From positions 8,575 through 72,574 of IMG/VR virus record IMGVR_UViG_3300009152_000039: a stretch of 64,000 nucleotides of DNA. One strand, 5' to 3'. Of the stretch, positions 7,305-17,165 are shown in pieces (position 1 is the first letter of the stretch; each line of letters opens with the position of its first letter). Source of the stretch: a virus. Below the pieces are notes generated by a model. It worked only from the letters and a program-made list of their open reading frames with translations. It made no database searches and had not been told where the DNA came from. A program made the position numbers and the translations under genes.

Positions 7305-9857
7305 TCATGCAAACCCTGATAGAGTTCTGTGTGCAGTTCTGTCTAACGAATATACTGGATTAACACTTCTAGATCCACCAGAAGCCACTGAATTGCTGTT
7401 ATAGTTGTTTGTAATGATGTTGTTCACACTTGCTTGTTCACCAGATTTTGGTTTTTCTGTTGCATTACGAACAGTGTTTATTGTATTAAGAGTATTAATT
7501 AAATCATTTGTTAGGTCTTCTGGATTCACACTCTTTCTCACACCTGAGAAAAAATCAGATAGTTTGGTTCCAGCGTTCTCAACAGCGTCCTTTGCCATAC
7601 CAACAACACTCTCTCCACGTATGGTCATCGGAGTTGTGTTGCTTAGCGGCTTTGTGACATCCTTCATTAGTCTGTCTATATTTTTCTCATACATCTTAAT
7701 TTCAGCTTCTCTTTGAGCCTTTGTTCTGGTGCCTGAGTCCTGTGTACTGCCACTAGCCTGCATGATCTCCGGACTATCAAGCATTGCATCTAGTTTTTTT
7801 GCAAATACTTGTGCGTTGGCATTTTTACCTTGGAATATCTCCCAGGTATTCATCATGTAGGTTTTAAACTGGTCTTTGGTTATTTGTCCACTCAAAAAGG
7901 CTTCTAGATTTTTATTAGCCATGCGTTTGAACAACTCATCCTGGAATTCCGAATTAAATATCTTATCCATCTCGGATTCTTTGACTATACCTTTAACATC
8001 TTCGTACTTACCTGTTTCTTTGTTTTTTACTCTGCCACCAAACAAAGTAGATTTAATAAACTGGTAACCACCTATAGGGGAATGAGGGTCTCCACCTGTT
8101 TTTGTTCTGCTGAGCATTTCGGTTTGAACCTGCATCACCTCTCTCATCGTGAGCTCAGAGACTTGTTTTCCACCAGGCAACTGCATACCTTTCAACCTAT
8201 CATCCTCAAATATAGCATTATATCCAGCTTTGCCAGCCTCACCTTCTCTTGTCAAGTTAGCTAATGCTGTTATTGCACCATCTCTATTTCTCTGTAAATC
8301 CTCTGCACTGACCTCCTCAACACCATTATTTCCAAGTATGGCATCCAGGTAATCGTCTTGCTTCATTTTCTTGGGCTTTCCATCCCTGCCCATATAATAC
8401 ACGTAGTTAAGAGTTCGAATTATTGGCTGCATTATTTCAACAGCTATGCGTCGTGCGTTTGGCTTCATTCTACCCCACTCAGCATAGAAATCCCTCAATG
8501 CAAATGGAGCAATATCTTTACCCTCTTCCAATCTTATTTGCTCTTGCACTGCCCTGGCATTATCTTCGTATTCTTTAAGGATTTTTTGCTCCCGTGCTAC
8601 CTGTGCATCCAGCTTAAGTGGGCCAGCACGTGTAATACCATATTCGTCGGTGACTGGGTTATCCTTGCGCTTAAAATCAGCTATCACATCTTGTGAAAGA
8701 GGTTTGAGGGGTATTGTACCGGATATCTTACCCGAGAGCTGATTTACCTCTTGGAATCCTTCGGGATAGACCATGTTAACTGCTTCTTCTGCGTCCTTAT
8801 CCGAAACACCCCAACCCTTCAAAATTTGGTATGCATCGTAAGCAAGAACTCCAGCGGCCAAAAGAGTAAGCACAGGACCACTTGCTAGCGCACCAACCAA
8901 TCTCCCTCCCATCCTGCCCATTGTACTTAAAATAGATGTGGTTGCTTGCTTGGTAGCATTGAGCGTTGATGGTGGAAGTGGTCTTCCAAATTGATCCAGA
9001 ATTCGTGGAGTAGATGTTCCTCCTGGAGCTGCTGGAGTTGCTCTTCCACCAGGAGCAATAACAGGTGGTACCATCCCACCACCCGACCCTGGTATTTGAC
9101 CACCCATTCGCCTCACAAGCAAACTATCAATGCTGTTGAGCAGCATGTGGTTTCTGAACATCTGTAATACAACTTTACCAGCTACAGTGGACAAGATTCC
9201 AAGCATTGCTGCATCACCAAGTAGATTTAAAGTATCTTTGACATACTTCTTGGGGTCCTTACCAAATGTCTCCATCATTGAATCAAACTTCAGTGATATT
9301 ATCTTGAACCCAGACTGAAGAATTTCAAAAAACTTGGTAAATCTATCAAACAACTCATCAAATAAAGGAAACTTTATATCAAGAGATTTGAACCCTGAAG
9401 TAATATTGCCAATCATGGCTTTCACAGGGGCCAACAGCTTTTCCATCAATTTACCAAAAGCACCTGATAGCCGATCCTGGGTAATAGAACTCATATTATC
9501 CCATAGCAACACCTTTGCAAGTAATGCTGCTATTCCAATTGGGAGAGCTTTGCCAAGTCCGGAAAGAATTGATCCAGAAAGAGAAGAAACTCCACTGGCA
9601 ACCCCACTTGCAGCGCTACCAACACCCGATGCTAATTTTGATGATAGATTTGCAATTGCATTACCCAACTTAGATGTCATATCTTTCATGTTAGATACAA
9701 AAAGTTCATTGTATCTTAGAAGACGTTTGTTATACTCGGATTGTAGACTATGATAGCGCTGTTCAGCATTCATCTGCTTGATTTGTTGTATCCTTATGGA
9801 TCTCAACTCTTTCAAACTTTCTATGTAACTTCTGTCGGTTTTATCAGCGGCTGCCAT
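7305..9857 (-). CDS. tape-measure-like protein (gp29 position) with a lysozyme-like domain
   Basis: 850 aa; helical and hydrophobic segments; EGEAGKAGYNAIF...PIGGYQFIKSTL...FQDELF muramidase-like segment; NNIITNN near the C-terminus; follows the gp26-like gene. Confidence 0.7.
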   Translation of the reverse strand: MAAADKTDRSYIESLKELRSIRIQQIKQMNAEQRYHSLQSEYNKRLLRYNELFVSNMKDMTSKLGNAIANLSSKLASGVGSAASGVASGVSSLSGSILSGLGKALPIGIAALLAKVLLWDNMSSITQDRLSGAFGKLMEKLLAPVKAMIGNITSGFKSLDIKFPLFDELFDRFTKFFEILQSGFKIISLKFDSMMETFGKDPKKYVKDTLNLLGDAAMLGILSTVAGKVVLQMFRNHMLLNSIDSLLVRRMGGQIPGSGGGMVPPVIAPGGRATPAAPGGTSTPRILDQFGRPLPPSTLNATKQATTSILSTMGRMGGRLVGALASGPVLTLLAAGVLAYDAYQILKGWGVSDKDAEEAVNMVYPEGFQEVNQLSGKISGTIPLKPLSQDVIADFKRKDNPVTDEYGITRAGPLKLDAQVAREQKILKEYEDNARAVQEQIRLEEGKDIAPFALRDFYAEWGRMKPNARRIAVEIMQPIIRTLNYVYYMGRDGKPKKMKQDDYLDAILGNNGVEEVSAEDLQRNRDGAITALANLTREGEAGKAGYNAIFEDDRLKGMQLPGGKQVSELTMREVMQVQTEMLSRTKTGGDPHSPIGGYQFIKSTLFGGRVKNKETGKYEDVKGIVKESEMDKIFNSEFQDELFKRMANKNLEAFLSGQITKDQFKTYMMNTWEIFQGKNANAQVFAKKLDAMLDSPEIMQASGSTQDSGTRTKAQREAEIKMYEKNIDRLMKDVTKPLSNTTPMTIRGESVVGMAKDAVENAGTKLSDFFSGVRKSVNPEDLTNDLINTLNTINTVRNATEKPKSGEQASVNNIITNNYNSNSVASGGSRSVNPVYSLDRTAHRTLSGFA

Positions 9858-10029
9858 TCTTTGCTATTTCCTCTTGGTTTTTTATATGCTGTTTAATATA
9901 CTCAAGGAATATATCCCTTTCAAAGGGTATCATAGATTCAATTTCTGTTATAGAATAATGGTGGTGCTGAGCCAAAATAAAAATTATATTATAATAATTT
10001 TCTAGGTTGCTGTGGCTCAGCCCAACATA
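9844..10029 (-). CDS. start-less ORF (gp51-like; ...LSHSNLENYYNIIFILAQHHHYSITEIESMIPFERDIFLEYIKQHIKNQEEIAKNGSR), probably the -1 frameshift extension of the gp26-like gene
   Basis: Absent from the ORF track; open -1 frame from the T TTT TTT heptamer to TGA at 9844-9846; no ATG or SD at the 5' end. Confidence 0.75.
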   Translation of the reverse strand, partial: YVGLSHSNLENYYNIIFILAQHHHYSITEIESMIPFERDIFLEYIKQHIKNQEEIAKNGSR

Positions 10030-10727
10030 AAAAAATCTTCTATAGACTTCAGCTCAATCTCTCTTGTGGTTCCTTTTTCATTAGTGTACTCTATCTTGTG
10101 ATAGAGCTTTGGCATTGTGTCAAAGAACTTTTCAAAAGACTGCAACACACTACTAGGTAGATCTTCAATAAATGCATCAACTTCTTCTTGTTTTGACTGC
10201 TTAAAGTATACAACATTGTCTCCATCAAAATAAGTGTCAATGCATCCTCTAATCATATAGAATAGTATGTCAGCGACACCATCTTGTGAAACTACGTCTG
10301 AAAGCATTCTTGCGTTTGGATATCTCATAGAGATTCCCGATGTTCCAGATAATTTAATAATATTTGAGTGCTCTTTATTCTCTGTAACATTTACGTCATC
10401 AATATTAATTTTGAAGGTGTATTGCTTTTCATCTTCTGGGTCAGTGTATCCAATTTGAATCTCCTCACCAACCGACTTTGCTCTAAGTTTCAAGAATAGT
10501 ATTTCAAGATCAAATGAAGCTAATTCATCTGCTTTTACTACACTATCCACGTCACAGTTTGTAATAATTTGTTGAATGACGTTAATGATATCATTTTCTT
10601 CCCCACTCTGCTTTGCCATGAGCAGCAGTTTCTCTTCTTTAACAAGAAACGGTCTAAATCTTGCTTTTTGTTTTGTAGATGGTATAATCAACTCAAAGGT
10701 TGGGTGCATCAATTTTGGTAAAGCCAT
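10017..10727 (-). CDS. 26: baseplate hub/tail assembly protein (gp26-like)
   Basis: MALPKL...RFRPFLVKEEKLLL, FDLEILFLKLRAKSVGE, FFDTMPKL, C-terminal DFF. Confidence 0.85.
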   Translation of the reverse strand: MALPKLMHPTFELIIPSTKQKARFRPFLVKEEKLLLMAKQSGEENDIINVIQQIITNCDVDSVVKADELASFDLEILFLKLRAKSVGEEIQIGYTDPEDEKQYTFKINIDDVNVTENKEHSNIIKLSGTSGISMRYPNARMLSDVVSQDGVADILFYMIRGCIDTYFDGDNVVYFKQSKQEEVDAFIEDLPSSVLQSFEKFFDTMPKLYHKIEYTNEKGTTREIELKSIEDFFMLG

Positions 10728-10759
10728 ACTAATCTCCTAATAATTAAAAATAAATATAA

Positions 10760-11542
10760 TTAACCACGTAATCCTGCACGTAAACTTGATATCAATCCAG
10801 CTGGTTCACTTGCTTCTTGAGTATCATACTTAGTCATGCTCCAGTTATGAAACGCAAAATTTACAGTAAACGTTGAAAATGAATCACCACCTGAAGCTGA
10901 TAGACTCATATCACTAATGCTTGTAGGAAACGCTTTGTATAATGTTACGTCTCTAATTTTTTCTAGTGGATGCTGTTTGGCACCTTGGCTGTTTAACAGC
11001 GACCCTACAAAAGGAACACCAGCTGCTGAAGTGACTGTTGTGGCTGCTAATTGCTGCAACCCAAATCCTGTGAATTTACCAGGAGCTCCTCTATATGTGC
11101 TTATCACAATATCACAAACATAACTGTTCTGATAAGACATGACGTACGATAGGTTTTTGAGCTCACTCTCTGGCTGAGGATTTCCTGGTGCAGCTAGTTT
11201 GTTATGTGATGGAATTATAGAATCCATCCATTCATAGAATAGATTATAAATTCTTCCTCCACCATCTGCAATATATGTAACAGACACGTCGCTGAATGCA
11301 ACTCCAACTGGCATTTTTTGAGAAGGACCTAAGCCATATCTTCTGACTGACTCAGTTATGACGCCAATTCCAGGAAGTGTGGTATTTTGTACAAAAAGAC
11401 TGAGGGGATTTCCAAGCTCAGACCATTCTGATTTCAGCAGCGTAGATGCGTTAGAAGGCATGTTGATAAGGACCGTAAATAGGTTCGGTCTTTCAACGTC
11501 GTACTTCTGGATTTGTGACTTAAATTCTTTAATGTCTAACAT
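10760..11542 (-). CDS. tail tube initiator / gp19-fold protein (gp54-like)
   Basis: RPNLFTV...TLPG...AFPTSISDMSLS...FTVNFAF tube-protein fold. Confidence 0.7.
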   Translation of the reverse strand: MLDIKEFKSQIQKYDVERPNLFTVLINMPSNASTLLKSEWSELGNPLSLFVQNTTLPGIGVITESVRRYGLGPSQKMPVGVAFSDVSVTYIADGGGRIYNLFYEWMDSIIPSHNKLAAPGNPQPESELKNLSYVMSYQNSYVCDIVISTYRGAPGKFTGFGLQQLAATTVTSAAGVPFVGSLLNSQGAKQHPLEKIRDVTLYKAFPTSISDMSLSASGGDSFSTFTVNFAFHNWSMTKYDTQEASEPAGLISSLRAGLRG

Positions 11543-12084
11543 TATCTCTTCTTGTAAACAAATTCATCTAGTGGAAGCAGTATTGCTTTTTGCCACTCAT
11601 CAGGTTTTATATAAAAAAACCTTGACCTTACATGGCTATTTAGATAGCGTTTAATACATTCTCTTGACGATTTAAGTTTTGACATTCCTTTGAGCAATCT
11701 ATAGTTCAAATTAATTTTCATTTGATCTGTAAAGGTATTATCGGAAGATAATGACATCAGATTGTCTAAAAGAACAGCTCTTTGGGTATAAGAAAGGTAG
11801 TGGAAGTTTATTCCTAAAAACCCATTCTCTGCATGCTCAAACGGGAATATGAGAGGGAACCTATCATAGAGTGGTAGAGTTGCCTTGTGCTTAGGGTCAT
11901 AGTGGAAAAGGTACATCTTTCCGATTGTAAGAGTCTTTGTAAGTCTATCATCCCCTTTGTTAATTATACTAATTGTTGACTTTGACGAAAGATCCTGGTA
12001 AGTAGTATCAAACCACGTTCGTGCGTCAGCGACCATTCCTTTCGAAATAGCTTGATTGAGCATCTGTTGATAAGTTTGTGCCAT
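11542..12084 (-). CDS. 2: DNA end protector protein gp2
   Basis: GKMYLFHYDPKHKATLPLYDRFPLI, GINFHYL, CIKRYL motifs. Confidence 0.92.
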   Translation of the reverse strand: MAQTYQQMLNQAISKGMVADARTWFDTTYQDLSSKSTISIINKGDDRLTKTLTIGKMYLFHYDPKHKATLPLYDRFPLIFPFEHAENGFLGINFHYLSYTQRAVLLDNLMSLSSDNTFTDQMKINLNYRLLKGMSKLKSSRECIKRYLNSHVRSRFFYIKPDEWQKAILLPLDEFVYKKR

Positions 12085-12521
12085 TATTTAATACCTAATT
12101 CATTTTCGGTCAATATCTGAAATTTCCAGTGCTTCTCTTCGCAAAACTTCTGGGCATATTTCCACTTGGAGCTATTTATCCCCCAGGCTTTAACCTCTTC
12201 TAAATACCTTTTAGTAATCTTAGACTTCACTTTAGGTGGTTGGGTCTGTGCTTTAGGTTTAATTTCGACGACGACAGTTTCAATGGTACCATCACGATTT
12301 CTTTTTTTAACCCAGAAATCAGGGAAGTATCTATGTACCTTGTTATCAATTGGTGATAAATATGGAATAGCAAATTCCTCGCTTGCCCACTGTATAACAT
12401 CGGGGTGGGTGTCAAGGTACCCCATAAACTTACACTCCCAAAGAGAGCGATAAATAATGTTGGTAGGATTACCTTTATATTTCAAAGGATTCTTAGGTTT
12501 AAATGTACCTTTATAACTCAT
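12084..12521 (-). CDS. 4: head completion protein gp4 (TnsA-like endonuclease fold)
   Basis: YKGNPTNIIYRSLWE, WASEE, HRYFPDF, EIKP, KWKYA motifs. Confidence 0.92.
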   Translation of the reverse strand: MSYKGTFKPKNPLKYKGNPTNIIYRSLWECKFMGYLDTHPDVIQWASEEFAIPYLSPIDNKVHRYFPDFWVKKRNRDGTIETVVVEIKPKAQTQPPKVKSKITKRYLEEVKAWGINSSKWKYAQKFCEEKHWKFQILTENELGIK

Positions 12522-12530
12522 AGGAAAGAA

Positions 12531-13571
12531 ATGGAATTAAAATACAATGGGGCAGAGATAAAGGGGACTAATGTAGATTACGGTTCCAGCGGTAAAGACG
12601 GTCAGCCACCTGAAACTAAGGTAGAGGAAAAGAGAGCAGCTCTTCTTTCCACAATATCTCCGCTAGTATATCCTCCTGACCTCAACGAAGAATTTTATAT
12701 TGAGTTTAATGCGTTTAAGGCTAATACTACCAGAGCTGATGAGGCAAAGCGAACTTTTAATTTTGAAAAGTCTGTGTATTTACCATTCCCTCAATCTGTG
12801 ACTGATCAGTATGGAGCTTCTTACAATGAAGAGGCATTATTTTTTGGTGGAGAATTTTTAAAAAATTCATTGGACACATTAATGACGTCCAACGGCACAA
12901 AAAAAGTAGCTAATCTTTTTGATGGTGGAGCAGCTGACAGAGCTGGTAACATTGCAGCTGGGATATTAGAAAAAATTGGTAAGGCTCCTGGAGAAGCAGC
13001 TGCAGCTGTAGGAGCGTACTATTTGAGTGGAGTTGGAGGACCTATTGGATCTGCTGCTAAAGCATCTTTAAATGTAACAACAAATCCATATCCTGTTATG
13101 ATTTTTGGAGGAGTGGGATTTAAACCAGCATTTAGTTTTTCTTGGACATTTTTTCCAGAGTCTCCAGAAGAGACAAAAACTATTAATAAGATTATAGGTT
13201 ATTTTAGAAGAGAGATGTTGCCTGAACGATTGGAGCAGATTCCATCTATTCTAAAATATCCTGCAATATTTGAGGTATCTATCAACCCAAGTGTCAAGAA
13301 GTTTAAAAGATGCGTTGTTACCAATCTTGATATTAACTACACCCCAGCTGGCCCAGCCTTTGTTAGAGATGCTCCACAAGTTGCTGGAGTCACTGCAGAT
13401 TCAAATCCAGCAGCTATTACAATGACCCTGTCACTTAAAGAAGTAGAGGTGTGGTTGGCAAATGATTTTTATCCTACTGAAGAAAATAATTTTGATTTTA
13501 TAAAAGGTAAAGATACTAACGTCTCTTCTAGTATGCCAGGTGTAATAAATGAGGGGGGAAGGACAATATAA
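12531..13571 (+). CDS. 48: baseplate tail tube cap gp48-like
   Basis: YPPDL, VYLPFP, NPY...FSFSWTFFPESPEE, YPAIF, INYTP, TLSLKE motifs; start moved to ATG 12531 (SD aggaa). Confidence 0.8.
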   Translation: MELKYNGAEIKGTNVDYGSSGKDGQPPETKVEEKRAALLSTISPLVYPPDLNEEFYIEFNAFKANTTRADEAKRTFNFEKSVYLPFPQSVTDQYGASYNEEALFFGGEFLKNSLDTLMTSNGTKKVANLFDGGAADRAGNIAAGILEKIGKAPGEAAAAVGAYYLSGVGGPIGSAAKASLNVTTNPYPVMIFGGVGFKPAFSFSWTFFPESPEETKTINKIIGYFRREMLPERLEQIPSILKYPAIFEVSINPSVKKFKRCVVTNLDINYTPAGPAFVRDAPQVAGVTADSNPAAITMTLSLKEVEVWLANDFYPTEENNFDFIKGKDTNVSSSMPGVINEGGRTI

Positions 13572-14434
13572 TGGCTGATAATTTTTTTAAACATTACCCC
13601 AATGTCTCTTATAGCAATACTACAGTAAAAAATCTTTTGGCAAAAGTAGCATTTCAAAAGGATAATGATGCTAACTATTACACCTACAATCCGTATACTA
13701 TTGTAGAGGGTGATAGAGCAGATACTCTAGCTTATCTTTATTATGGTGATCCTGGATATGATTGGGTAATTTACTACGCAAACATGATTGTTGATCCATA
13801 TTTTGACTGGCCACTGGATACAAGATCTTTCAAACGTTTTGTTGAAAGTAAGTACGGGTCGTTGTCCGAAGCAAAATCAAAAATTAAATTCTTTAGATCC
13901 AATTACATTGCTGACGATACTTCATTATCAACTGCTGCCTACAATGCTTTGTCAGAGTTGCAAAAAAGCTTTTGGTCACCTATCATAGGAAACAACAATA
14001 GTATCTCAGGATATCTGAGGAAGAGAGAAGATAAGACATACGTCACCAACCAAACACTATCTCTTAGCATAGCTGTAGAAGGAAATACAACTTATACAGT
14101 TGGTGAGCAAGTTAAACAAACAAGTGGTGGTGTTGTAGTATCTCTTGGTAATCTGAAATTCTCTAATTCTTCCGTAGCGGTTGTTGATAACATTCAGGGG
14201 TCATTTACAACATCGTACAACCTTGTTGGTGTAACTAGCGGTGCCAATTCAGTTGTATCCTCTGTCAGTACTCTTTCAACAAGCATAGATCCAACAATAC
14301 AGAATTACTTTGTACCAGTTACATATTATGAATATGAAGAAGAAATCAACGAACAAAGAAAAAATATTCGGTTACTTGATTCTGTGTATGTAACAAGTAT
14401 AGAAGAAAAACTTAAGGAATTGCTGCTGCTATGA
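13571..14434 (+). CDS. 53: baseplate wedge subunit gp53 with an inserted S/T/N-rich domain
   Basis: FFKHYP, EGDRADTLAYLYYGDP..DWVI..AN..DPYFDWPL, YEYEEEINEQRKNIRLL. Confidence 0.88.
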   Translation: MADNFFKHYPNVSYSNTTVKNLLAKVAFQKDNDANYYTYNPYTIVEGDRADTLAYLYYGDPGYDWVIYYANMIVDPYFDWPLDTRSFKRFVESKYGSLSEAKSKIKFFRSNYIADDTSLSTAAYNALSELQKSFWSPIIGNNNSISGYLRKREDKTYVTNQTLSLSIAVEGNTTYTVGEQVKQTSGGVVVSLGNLKFSNSSVAVVDNIQGSFTTSYNLVGVTSGANSVVSSVSTLSTSIDPTIQNYFVPVTYYEYEEEINEQRKNIRLLDSVYVTSIEEKLKELLLL

Positions 14435-15729
14435 TTCTGCGTCCAAGTCAGTGTGATATTAAAGAGATATCAATATCAAACAACAATAAAGATTTTACCT
14501 ATGACATAGGACAGGGTTTAATGAACTTTGTGCAGTCTATTGATATCTACGAGTCAATTTACACTCCCTATATTACAGCTGATGTTAATATGGTTGATGG
14601 TGCTAATCTCAAAGAAAGGCTGAACTTATCAGGTGGTGAAAACTTCAAAATAAAGTTCTTGGGGTATGGTAATGATCAACCATTGGAATACAGCTTGAAG
14701 CTTGGAGAAATAGGTGGGGTCATTACTGCTGAAAATCTACGTAGTAAAACTTACACCATGAGAATGTATAGCGGTGAATACCTTCTAAACTCAGCTAAGA
14801 CGGTTGCAAAGAGTTATAGTACTTCTACAAAAAATATTATTGAAGATATCATAGGTAAGGTCCTTGGAAGTCAGAGTAAAGTGTATGTTGAGCCTACTAA
14901 AGACTTACCAGTTGTAGTTATTCCATACATGAATCCCTTTACCGCTATATCATTTGTTCGTCAGCGATCAGTATCGGCAAAGGACGTTTCTACTCCTATA
15001 CTCTTTTTTGAAAACCAGTATGTATACTTCTTTACAACTGTAGAGGCGTTATTCAACAATGGGGGAGCTGGATCATCAGAAGTGCAAAGTTTCTTTCAAC
15101 GAGAAGCTATATCTACAAATGTCAAAGGATCTGAGGGAACTATATCTGACATCAATGCTCACAATCTTTTTGCCAATTATACTGTCAGGACTCCTGTTGA
15201 TGTTGTGAACTTGTTACATGAGGGTGGTCTTAACTGCGTAATGTCGGATTTTGATTTAAATACAAAAAGATACCGACGTAGAGTGTTTTCAAATGTACCA
15301 GGTAATAAATCATTTGTAGATTTTGCTGGTGGAAGCAACTCTTTACTGACTAATAAAATCAACGAAGAGTATGCACCGTTTGCTGGTAAAAGTTTTATGG
15401 TTCCCTTTGCTAAGTATAAGGATAGTAACAATCCAACTATAGATTTTATGTACGATTCTCTAGCAGAAAAATACAGCTACACTAATCTACTAACTCAGCA
15501 GAAAACGTATGTTGATATTCCCGGCAATACTAAAATAACAGCCGGTAGCATTATCAGTCTTGATATCCCAAGACACCAGGCATTATTAAATGGTAAAGAA
15601 AAGAACGAAGTTGATAGCGGCAAATACCTTGTATCTTCTGTACGACACTCAATAAACGTACTTGTGGATTCAAAGTATGATACTCATTTAGAGCTAATTA
15701 GATATGGTAGAGGAACACTGAGCACATGA
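14431..15729 (+). CDS. baseplate hub protein (gp27-like)
   Basis: IDIYESIY, FFEN, IPGNTKITAG, SGKYLVSSVRH; lies between gp53 and gp5. Confidence 0.7.
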   Translation: MILRPSQCDIKEISISNNNKDFTYDIGQGLMNFVQSIDIYESIYTPYITADVNMVDGANLKERLNLSGGENFKIKFLGYGNDQPLEYSLKLGEIGGVITAENLRSKTYTMRMYSGEYLLNSAKTVAKSYSTSTKNIIEDIIGKVLGSQSKVYVEPTKDLPVVVIPYMNPFTAISFVRQRSVSAKDVSTPILFFENQYVYFFTTVEALFNNGGAGSSEVQSFFQREAISTNVKGSEGTISDINAHNLFANYTVRTPVDVVNLLHEGGLNCVMSDFDLNTKRYRRRVFSNVPGNKSFVDFAGGSNSLLTNKINEEYAPFAGKSFMVPFAKYKDSNNPTIDFMYDSLAEKYSYTNLLTQQKTYVDIPGNTKITAGSIISLDIPRHQALLNGKEKNEVDSGKYLVSSVRHSINVLVDSKYDTHLELIRYGRGTLST

Positions 15730-16514
15730 CAACAGCTTATCTTGGAGAAGAAGGGTTCAGATGGTTTTTTGGTAAGGTGGAAGATAGAGATGATCCTAAA
15801 AAGATTGGTCGTATTCGTGTAAGAATTTACAATGTCCATCCCTTCACCAATGATGGTAATCCGGATACAGTCAATGTTCCAACCAGCCATCTACCTTGGG
15901 CAACACCAATCTCTTCTATTATGAGTGCTGGTATAATTAGTGAAACCACCAAGGATGGAGTTGGTATAAGCGCTCTTGGATTGATGGTAGGATCCACTGT
16001 GTTTGGTTTTTTTGCAGACGGCAACGATTGTCAGATTCCTATTATACTTGGTTCTTTGGCTGGATTGTTTGGAGCAGATGAAAAAAGCGAGCTTCCTAAG
16101 CCATCAATAGAAGAAAATTCAGTTGGAGCATTAAAAAATAGTAAAAAAATAGCAGCTGCTTCTCCGTTTCCAGGTGAACCTACTTCTCCGTATGCTGCTA
16201 AATACCCTTACAACAAGGTAATGAGAACTGAGTCCGGTCATCTAATTGAAATTGATGATACTCCTTCTAAAGAGCGTATCCACATTATGCATAAGACTGG
16301 ATCGTACGTTGAGATTGATAATACCGGCCAAATGGTAATTAAGTCTGTTGAAGATAAGTTTGATGTCACTATCAAAGACAATAACGTGTATGTTGGTGGA
16401 AATGTTAATGTACGTGTCAAAGGAAATGTGAATATGTTGGTTGATGGTAAGTATACTGTGGAGTCCAAGGGGAATATGAAGTTTGTAGCACCTAGAATAG
16501 ATTTCAACCCTTGA
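15726..16514 (+). CDS. 5: baseplate hub spike gp5 (OB-fold plus short beta-helix, no lysozyme domain)
   Basis: WFFGKVEDRDDP..IGRIRVR, LPWA, YPYNKV..TESGHLIEIDDTP..ERIH..HKTG. Confidence 0.88.
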   Translation: MTTAYLGEEGFRWFFGKVEDRDDPKKIGRIRVRIYNVHPFTNDGNPDTVNVPTSHLPWATPISSIMSAGIISETTKDGVGISALGLMVGSTVFGFFADGNDCQIPIILGSLAGLFGADEKSELPKPSIEENSVGALKNSKKIAAASPFPGEPTSPYAAKYPYNKVMRTESGHLIEIDDTPSKERIHIMHKTGSYVEIDNTGQMVIKSVEDKFDVTIKDNNVYVGGNVNVRVKGNVNMLVDGKYTVESKGNMKFVAPRIDFNP

Positions 16515-16735
16515 TGCATAAATTTGTAATTTTACTTAATAGTGAGTTGAAAAATTATAATAGTTTTGAAGATATACCTTTGTCGTTTGAAAACCTTATA
16601 GAATTTAATCCTCATATTCCTGTAGGACCTCATACAGAAGATGAACATGAATTAATAGATTCGTGGAGCTGTAAGTTGAAAGAGTTGATGAAAAGAGAAA
16701 ATAATGGCAACAATCACGCCAACAACAATAACTGA
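16514..16735 (+). CDS. conserved hypothetical protein next to gp5/PAAR
   Basis: FEDIP..FENLIEF.P..P.GPHTEDEH pattern; operon position. Confidence 0.6.
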   Translation: MHKFVILLNSELKNYNSFEDIPLSFENLIEFNPHIPVGPHTEDEHELIDSWSCKLKELMKRENNGNNHANNNN

Positions 16736-17156
16736 CACGACCAGAGCTTCAAAAACTATAAATATTATAATAAATGTAACTCCTGGTACAGGTGAGATCA
16801 TTGATTCAGTTGGTGCTATAATAGACACCGATGAACCATCTGTATTAATTACGCCTGGACAAACGTCAGTTTCTATTGTTGGTTCATACAGGGACCCATT
16901 CAAAGACATACTCACATATGTTGAAAAGGGATCAAGCAATGTTCTTGAGACTCCTGTTGTAGTAGAGGGAATAGCTAACTTACCTCCAAACAAAGATTTT
17001 TATGATCTAAAACAGGATCAAAGTCAGCAGTCAGTGAGAACGTATACTATTACTGTTAACTTAAAAAGTGGTTCACCACAAACATTCACATTAACACATA
17101 AGATTTTAAACGATTTAGATTCAATGCAGTCTTTTATAGCTTCATATTTTAATTGA
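16704..17156 (+). CDS. hypothetical virion protein
   Basis: 150-aa ORF in the baseplate operon. Confidence 0.6.
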   Translation: MATITPTTITDTTRASKTINIIINVTPGTGEIIDSVGAIIDTDEPSVLITPGQTSVSIVGSYRDPFKDILTYVEKGSSNVLETPVVVEGIANLPPNKDFYDLKQDQSQQSVRTYTITVNLKSGSPQTFTLTHKILNDLDSMQSFIASYFN

Positions 17157-17165
17157 AGGATATTA

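Noticed and set aside
7405-9753. Plus-strand ORFs opposite the tape measure gene
   Set aside because: Antisense shadows of a long coherent minus-strand gene.
12405-12530. Track's N-terminal extension of gp48 (similarly for 1604, 4877, 5439, 51101, 51837 and 58562)
   Set aside because: These extensions mostly overlap neighbouring genes; downstream starts fit better with SD motifs or stop-start coupling.
16757-16764. TATAAATA inside the 150-aa ORF
   Set aside because: It lies in AT-rich coding sequence ~400 nt from the next start and could be chance.
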